From: an uncultured bacterium
GTDB lineage: Bacteria > AUK180
NCBI GenBank assembly: GCA_937863565.1
Contig: CALMGJ010000010.1
Span: 75,413-139,412, forward strand
DNA: 64,000 bases
Reading direction: 5' to 3'
Shown here: piece by piece, positions 59,065 to 64,000 of the stretch
How positions within the stretch are numbered: the first letter of the stretch is position 1
Layout of the letters: every line of letters starts with the position of its first letter
Position numbers and translations under genes: made by a program
The notes under the pieces: model-generated
Databases searched by the model: none
What the model was told of the DNA's origin: nothing
What the model saw: only the letters and a program-made list of their open reading frames with translations

Positions 59065-59387
59065 AAATAGCAGTGGCAACGAACGACAAGACCAGCGTAA
59101 ACCGCGAATTTGCAAGAGCCCTTTTTTTTGCGCTCTACGATGACAGCGGTAAAACATTTGATTTTTTGGATAACTCGGAATCCCAGAACGCCGCTCACGG
59201 CGCAGGCATCATGGCCGCCAATACATTGAAAAAAAATTCAGTGGATGCGGTCCTTGCTTTTCAGCTTGGCCCCAAAGCGCTTGACGGATTGAAAACCAAT
59301 GGTATAAAGATCTTCAGGGTCAATGCAGGCGTTGCTTTGACTGAAGCGGTGAAGATGTACGAAGAGGGCAAACTCGGGGAATACTGA
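59061..59387 (+). CDS. NifX/NifB-C-like (dinitrogenase FeMo-cofactor-binding fold) protein, copy 1
   Basis: 108 aa; MKIAVATND…G…F…D pattern typical of the Nitro_FeMo-Co family; ATGA overlap. Confidence 0.7.
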   Translation: MKIAVATNDKTSVNREFARALFFALYDDSGKTFDFLDNSESQNAAHGAGIMAANTLKKNSVDAVLAFQLGPKALDGLKTNGIKIFRVNAGVALTEAVKMYEEGKLGEY

Positions 59388-59392
59388 AAGAT

Positions 59393-60187
59393 ATGCAGAT
59401 CACCGTACTTGCCGAGAACAAAGCGGGTAAAGGGGCATATGCCGCCGAACACGGCCTTTCCCTTCATATCGTTCACGGAGAATACACTGTTCTTTTCGAT
59501 ACGGGACAGAGCGGGCTTTTTTCCGAGAACGCCCTTAAAGCCGGCACGGATATCACGTCTGTTCATGCCTCTGTTCTGAGCCACGGCCATTACGACCATG
59601 CCGGGGGGCTTCCAAGATTTATGGAGCTGAACTGCCGCGCACGGATCTTTATGAAGAAGGAAGCCTTGATCCCGAAATACTCCGCGGACGGACGTTTTAT
59701 CGGTACGGACCTGCAAGCTGACAAGGAGAGGTTCTCGTTCATCGACAAACAGTTTGAATTAACTGAAGGGCTTTGGATCATTCCCTCTATTGAAATATTC
59801 GATCAAGATGACACGAACTGCTCGGGTTTTTTCATAGATGACGGACAGGATCTCAGGGCGGATATGTTCGAAGACGAGCTTTTTCTCGCAGCCATGACCG
59901 AAGAAGGCCTGACCGTGATCACGGGATGTTCGCACAGGGGAATAACAAATATCGTTCATACCGCAAAAAGGATATTCAAAAGCCCTGTTGCAGCGGCGAT
60001 CGGCGGTTTTCATCTGAAGGCAAGGTCAGCAGATGAAGTGAGAAGAAAGGCGCTGGCACTGAAAAAAGCGGGATTGAAACGCATTGAAACAGGGCATTGC
60101 ACCGGAAGGGAGAGCCTACGGGAATTGAAAGAGGTCTTCGGGGCGGGTCTCGGAGAGCTTTTCTGCGGAAAGAAAATAAAAATCTGA
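59393..60187 (+). CDS. MBL-fold metallo-hydrolase
   Basis: HGHYDHAGGL motif; 264 aa. Confidence 0.8.
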   Translation: MQITVLAENKAGKGAYAAEHGLSLHIVHGEYTVLFDTGQSGLFSENALKAGTDITSVHASVLSHGHYDHAGGLPRFMELNCRARIFMKKEALIPKYSADGRFIGTDLQADKERFSFIDKQFELTEGLWIIPSIEIFDQDDTNCSGFFIDDGQDLRADMFEDELFLAAMTEEGLTVITGCSHRGITNIVHTAKRIFKSPVAAAIGGFHLKARSADEVRRKALALKKAGLKRIETGHCTGRESLRELKEVFGAGLGELFCGKKIKI

Positions 60188-60198
60188 AGGAGAAGATA

Positions 60199-60546
60199 AT
60201 GGGAACGGAAAAAGTCAGGATCGCCATACCCGTAGTGGGAGGCGCAATAAGCGAGCATTTCGGTCATTCGGAAAAATTCGAGGTGTACACGGTCAAGGAC
60301 GGAAAGATCGAAGGCAGTGAGGACCTGGTCCCGCCGCCGCATGAACCGGGCGTGATTCCGAAATGGCTGAACGGGATCGGGGCGAATGTGATCATCACGG
60401 GCGGCATAGGAAGAAAAGCCGTGGAACTTTTCAATTCATACGGTATAACGGTTGTTTCGGGAGTATCTGCCATGACGGCCCGCGAAGCGGCAGAGAAATA
60501 TGTAGAAGGTAACCTTGATTCCACGGGAGAGACCTGTTCGCATTAG
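60199..60546 (+). CDS. NifX/NifB-C-like (FeMo-cofactor-binding fold) protein, copy 2
   Basis: MGTEKVRIAIPVVGG…HFGHSEKFEVY…; start ATG 60199 with GAAGGAG RBS (ORF-tracker start 60097 would overlap the MBL gene). Confidence 0.7.
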   Translation: MGTEKVRIAIPVVGGAISEHFGHSEKFEVYTVKDGKIEGSEDLVPPPHEPGVIPKWLNGIGANVIITGGIGRKAVELFNSYGITVVSGVSAMTAREAAEKYVEGNLDSTGETCSH

Positions 60547-60610
60547 GCTCCGCACCCGTTTTATAAAAACCGCTTTTTATGATATAATCTCAAAAATGGA
60601 GGTCGTCTCT

Positions 60611-61720
60611 ATGAAATGCGGCAGATCCCTCATCTTTGCTCTCGTCTCCCTGCTTTTCATTCTTTCTTCCTGCAAAAGGACCCTTGTCATTGACGATAAT
60701 GCCATAGAGATAAATAAGCTCACCGGCAGCGCCAAAAGTTTCTATGAAGGCAATGATCAGACAGTTTTCCGAACATTCATCCTGGACGGCAACTCGCATT
60801 TCATAATTGCCGAAGAGGATAAACTTGCCTATCTCGGGCGCTATCTCGACAGAATTCGGTATTATGAGGAGAACGGGACCTATAAGCATGTCATACTGCC
60901 CTATGAGAAGCAGTTCGCCGGCCCGGATGATGTCTCCCTCGTTTATGAGAGGAATCTCAGCACACAGAAAGTGTCTTCCGTTGATAATGACCTTCAGACG
61001 AAATTGAACATGAGCATAGACGAGATGATCGTCAAGCTCGGGAAATTGAAACCCCTTACCGAAGATAGAAAGGCGGAGATAAAAGCGTCCGTTTCCGCGC
61101 GTTTCAAAGGGGTTTTCAGAAAGACCAGATCTGTGAAAACGGATGTTTTCCTCTATCAGGTGCGCACCGAACTTCTCGATAAGATAAAAAAAGGCCACGA
61201 GGATCAAAAAGAGCTCATCTCGGAAATAGAGATGAAAAAGAAAAGTTTCATCACGAAGATCCTCATTGCACGGGTCAGTTCCGGCTACACGAAGGATTCG
61301 GGGATAGTCACCGAACTTGCCGCGGAATGGAAGGCGGTCCTGGGAGAGCACGGCCTGGACGCGGGGGATGCTTTCAATATGGAATTGAAGAGCCACTGCG
61401 AGAAGATAAGTCAGCCGCATTATATAATGCTCGGTTACGGTGTGGACATAACCGATTCGATAGAAAACGCTTGCCTTGAAGATCCGGAACATTTCGCAAG
61501 CTCGCTTTTTCCCATAGTCAAAATACCGGGGATACGCTCTCTCGTGGGCGGCGGCACTAAATCACTCGAAGACAAGAAAGATATGTCCGGGGAGGAAAAT
61601 GAGGAAGGTCTGATCGGCTCTCCCGCCGAGGAGGAAATAATGATGAATACCGATGCAATTAATAGGATATTGGAGAATAAGAAGATATCAACCGAAGATC
61701 TCATCAGATCTCTGGAATAG
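60611..61720 (+). CDS. Lipoprotein of unknown function
   Basis: Lipobox signal MKCGRSLIFALVSLLFILSSC; GGAGG RBS 8 nt upstream of ATG 60611; Lys/Glu-rich; 369 aa. Confidence 0.65.
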   Translation: MKCGRSLIFALVSLLFILSSCKRTLVIDDNAIEINKLTGSAKSFYEGNDQTVFRTFILDGNSHFIIAEEDKLAYLGRYLDRIRYYEENGTYKHVILPYEKQFAGPDDVSLVYERNLSTQKVSSVDNDLQTKLNMSIDEMIVKLGKLKPLTEDRKAEIKASVSARFKGVFRKTRSVKTDVFLYQVRTELLDKIKKGHEDQKELISEIEMKKKSFITKILIARVSSGYTKDSGIVTELAAEWKAVLGEHGLDAGDAFNMELKSHCEKISQPHYIMLGYGVDITDSIENACLEDPEHFASSLFPIVKIPGIRSLVGGGTKSLEDKKDMSGEENEEGLIGSPAEEEIMMNTDAINRILENKKISTEDLIRSLE

Positions 61721-61789
61721 AATCCCCCCTTGAAAAAATATTAAAAAACATTACAATATTACAAACTCAAACAAGTTTGGAGGTTTTCT

Positions 61790-62872
61790 ATGGAAAGGGT
61801 TCACAATTTCAATCCCGGTCCTGCAGCGCTCCCGCTGGAGGTACTGAAACAAGCACAGGAAGAATTTCTCGATTTTAAAGGCGAGGGAATGTCCATCCTG
61901 GAGTCCAGTCACAGGGCGAAATCGTTCGACGCGCTCATCATCGATGCAAAGAAGGACTTAAAGTCGATCATGGGACTTTCGGACGAATACGATGTCCTGT
62001 TCCTCGGAGGCGGAGCTTCAACGCAATTCGCGATGATACCGTACAATTTCCTTAAAGAGGGGACGACGGCCGATTATATCAATACGGGCACATGGGCCAC
62101 AGCCGCGATCAAGGAATCGAAAAAACTCGGCAAGACGAATGTCATCGCTTCATCCGAAGACAGGGAGTTCAGATATATCCCCAAGGATTTCAAGATCGAT
62201 CCCGATGCCTGTTATCTTCACATAACATCGAATAATACCATCCGCGGTACTCAGTGGCAGTCCTTCCCCGATACGGGGAACGTGCCCCTGATCTGCGATA
62301 TGTCGAGCGATTTTCTCAGCAAAAAGCTCGATTTCAGCAAATTCTCTCTCATCTATGCCGGCGCGCAGAAGAACATAGGCCCCGCGGGCGTTACCGTTAT
62401 CGTGATCAAAAAGTCGATGCTCGAGAAACAGAGAAGCGGCGACCTTCTCACAATGCTGAATTATAAAACGCATATCGAAAAGGAATCGCTCCACAATACG
62501 CCGCCTGTCTTCCCCATCTATATCGTCGCGCTCGTTCTGAAATGGGTGATCAAACAGGGCGGTCTTCCCGCGATCGAAAAGCTCAATGACAAAAAAGCCG
62601 GTCTGCTCTACAGCTGTCTCGACAATTCGAACGGATTCTACAGACCGACGGCGGACAAGGATTCGCGCTCCAAGATGAACATCACTTTCAGGCTTCCTTC
62701 GGAAGAGCTCGAGGAGAAGATCGCCGGCGAAGCGAAGAAGGCGAAACTCATTGGCCTCAAAGGCCACAGATCGGTAGGCGGTCTCAGAGCGTCGTTCTAC
62801 AATGCCGTTTCTCTTGAAAGCGCGGAGAAACTCGTGGAATTTCTGGAGAATTTCAGAAAGGCAAATTCATAA
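61790..62872 (+). CDS. serC: Phosphoserine aminotransferase
   Basis: MERVHNFNPGPAALP N-terminus and class V aminotransferase motifs; 360 aa. Confidence 0.93.
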   Translation: MERVHNFNPGPAALPLEVLKQAQEEFLDFKGEGMSILESSHRAKSFDALIIDAKKDLKSIMGLSDEYDVLFLGGGASTQFAMIPYNFLKEGTTADYINTGTWATAAIKESKKLGKTNVIASSEDREFRYIPKDFKIDPDACYLHITSNNTIRGTQWQSFPDTGNVPLICDMSSDFLSKKLDFSKFSLIYAGAQKNIGPAGVTVIVIKKSMLEKQRSGDLLTMLNYKTHIEKESLHNTPPVFPIYIVALVLKWVIKQGGLPAIEKLNDKKAGLLYSCLDNSNGFYRPTADKDSRSKMNITFRLPSEELEEKIAGEAKKAKLIGLKGHRSVGGLRASFYNAVSLESAEKLVEFLENFRKANS

Positions 62873-62884
62873 GGAGACGATGAA

Positions 62885-63814
62885 ATGACGAAAATATTGC
62901 TTCTGGACAAGGTCGCCAAAGAGGCGGTCAATATGCTGAAGAAAGTGGAAGGCTTCGAGGTTGACGCGGAAAATGAACTCACCCTCGAGCAGAAGACGGA
63001 AAGAATGCCCGATTACGATGCGTGCGTGATCAGAAGCGCAACGAAATTCGACAAAGCCCTTCTCGATGCCGGAAAGAAGCTCAAACTCATCATAAGGGCG
63101 GGAGAAGGCACGGACAATATAGACAAACCCTATGCCGCGGAAAAGGGCATAGCAGTGGAGAACACGCCGGGCCAGAACAGCCACGCCGTTGCCGAACTCG
63201 CTCTCGGGCATATGTTCAGTCTGGCCAGGCATCTTCCCCGCGCGGATGAAACGATGCACAAGGGGACCTGGGACAAGAAGAACCTTGCCGGTACAGAGCT
63301 CAAAGGCAAGACGCTCGGCATCATCGGCTCCGGGAAGATAGGGCACGACCTTGCCGGTATGTGCAAGGCCTTAGGCATGAGGACCGTCGCTTTCGATGTG
63401 GTGCAGAACGCCAAGGATATTGAATATGTTGATATGGATACGCTTCTTTCCACGGCCGACTATATCTCGATACATGTGCCTTTGAACGACAAGACAAGGG
63501 ACCTCATCAAGAAAGCGGAGCTTTCGAAGATGAAAAAGACCGCTTATATCATCAACTGCGCAAGAGGCGGGATCATCAATGAAAAGGACCTTGCCGATGC
63601 GGTCAAGGAAGGCATCATCAAAGGCGCGGCGGTGGATGTTTATACGGAAGAGCCGGTAAAACCGGAGAACCCGCTTATCGGCGTGCCGGGCATTCTGCTC
63701 ACGCCTCACCTGGGCGCTTCAACGGCCGAAGCGGAGAACAATTGCTCCACGGCCGCCGCGGAACAGATCATCGCTTTCTTCAAGGAGAACAAAGTACTGA
63801 ACAAGGTCAACTGA
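62885..63814 (+). CDS. serA: D-3-phosphoglycerate dehydrogenase (short form) / D-2-hydroxyacid dehydrogenase
   Basis: GxGxxG GIIGSGKIGHD, catalytic R…E…H (TPHLGAST); adjacent to serC. Confidence 0.85.
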   Translation: MTKILLLDKVAKEAVNMLKKVEGFEVDAENELTLEQKTERMPDYDACVIRSATKFDKALLDAGKKLKLIIRAGEGTDNIDKPYAAEKGIAVENTPGQNSHAVAELALGHMFSLARHLPRADETMHKGTWDKKNLAGTELKGKTLGIIGSGKIGHDLAGMCKALGMRTVAFDVVQNAKDIEYVDMDTLLSTADYISIHVPLNDKTRDLIKKAELSKMKKTAYIINCARGGIINEKDLADAVKEGIIKGAAVDVYTEEPVKPENPLIGVPGILLTPHLGASTAEAENNCSTAAAEQIIAFFKENKVLNKVN

Positions 63815-63841
63815 CCTTGTTTTATTATCAAAAGATCAATG

Positions 63842-63875
63842 GCCGGGTATCCGAAAGGGTACCCGGTTTTTTTTG
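63842..63875 (+). terminator. Rho-independent terminator after serA
   Basis: CCGGGTA-tccgaaagg-GTACCCGG followed by TTTTTTTT. Confidence 0.8.
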
Positions 63876-64000
63876 AAAGAGGATTTTAACAACTTTTAAC
63901 TTCGCGATCTTCGCAATGTTCCGCGTAATAAATAAAGACCAGGTAATTTTGAGATAAGTATAATAAGTATAACACCGTCCCCATTTTTCCAATGTCAACC

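Noticed and set aside
60590-61492. 300-aa minus-strand ORF overlapping the lipoprotein gene 60611–61720
   Set aside because: The + strand ORF has a lipobox signal peptide and a GGAGG RBS; the minus-strand frame has neither, so it is judged spurious.
62150-62767. 205-aa minus-strand ORF antisense to serC
   Set aside because: serC identity is unambiguous, so this is a shadow ORF.

Overview
Bacterial chromosomal window of about 64 kb at roughly 48% GC. It is densely coding, with frequent 4-nt ATGA overlaps and some TTG starts. Genes run mostly on the + strand, with two minus-strand blocks (24.3–32.4 kb and 43.6–45.3 kb). The gene content points to an anaerobic, probably uncultured lineage. No rRNA, tRNA, CRISPR array or obvious mobile element is visible.

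Most of the window is core metabolism and housekeeping:
- a 5'-truncated GspE/PilB secretion ATPase at the window start
- a MoxR–DUF58–transglutaminase operon
- RNase Y, followed by an in-frame N-terminal extension fused to DeoC
- enolase, FtsB, deoxynucleoside kinase, AsnRS, an acyl-CoA ligase and an M42 peptidase
- OTCase and Dtd
- a TatT–DctP–DctQM (TPAT-type) TRAP transporter
- a ZraP/Spy-like periplasmic protein with Cys/His repeats
- RibD, an NAD-dependent epimerase and a DUF62 SAM hydroxide adenosyltransferase
- SerC and SerA at the far end

Two modules stand out as least explained:
1. 34.1–43.6 kb: a tight operon with two divergent TldD/TldE peptidase pairs bracketing MscS, an MFS transporter and a ferritin-like protein.
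2. 56.4–60.5 kb: a consensus promoter carrying a perfect 12-bp palindromic operator, driving DUF134 (predicted DNA-binding), a Gly/Arg/Phe-repeat coiled-coil protein (DUF5320-like), two tandem MinD/Mrp-type P-loop ATPases with inserted 2×[4Fe-4S] ferredoxin motifs, two NifX/NifB-C-like (FeMo-co-binding fold) proteins and an MBL hydrolase. This looks like an uncharacterised metallocluster assembly or carrier system.

Other oddities:
- a YrdC–RpiB fusion
- a glycosyltransferase whose conserved N-terminus lies upstream of any canonical start codon
- a roughly 700-bp apparently non-coding region upstream of argF that holds degenerate minus-strand ORFs
- a terminator-like leader hairpin in front of rny
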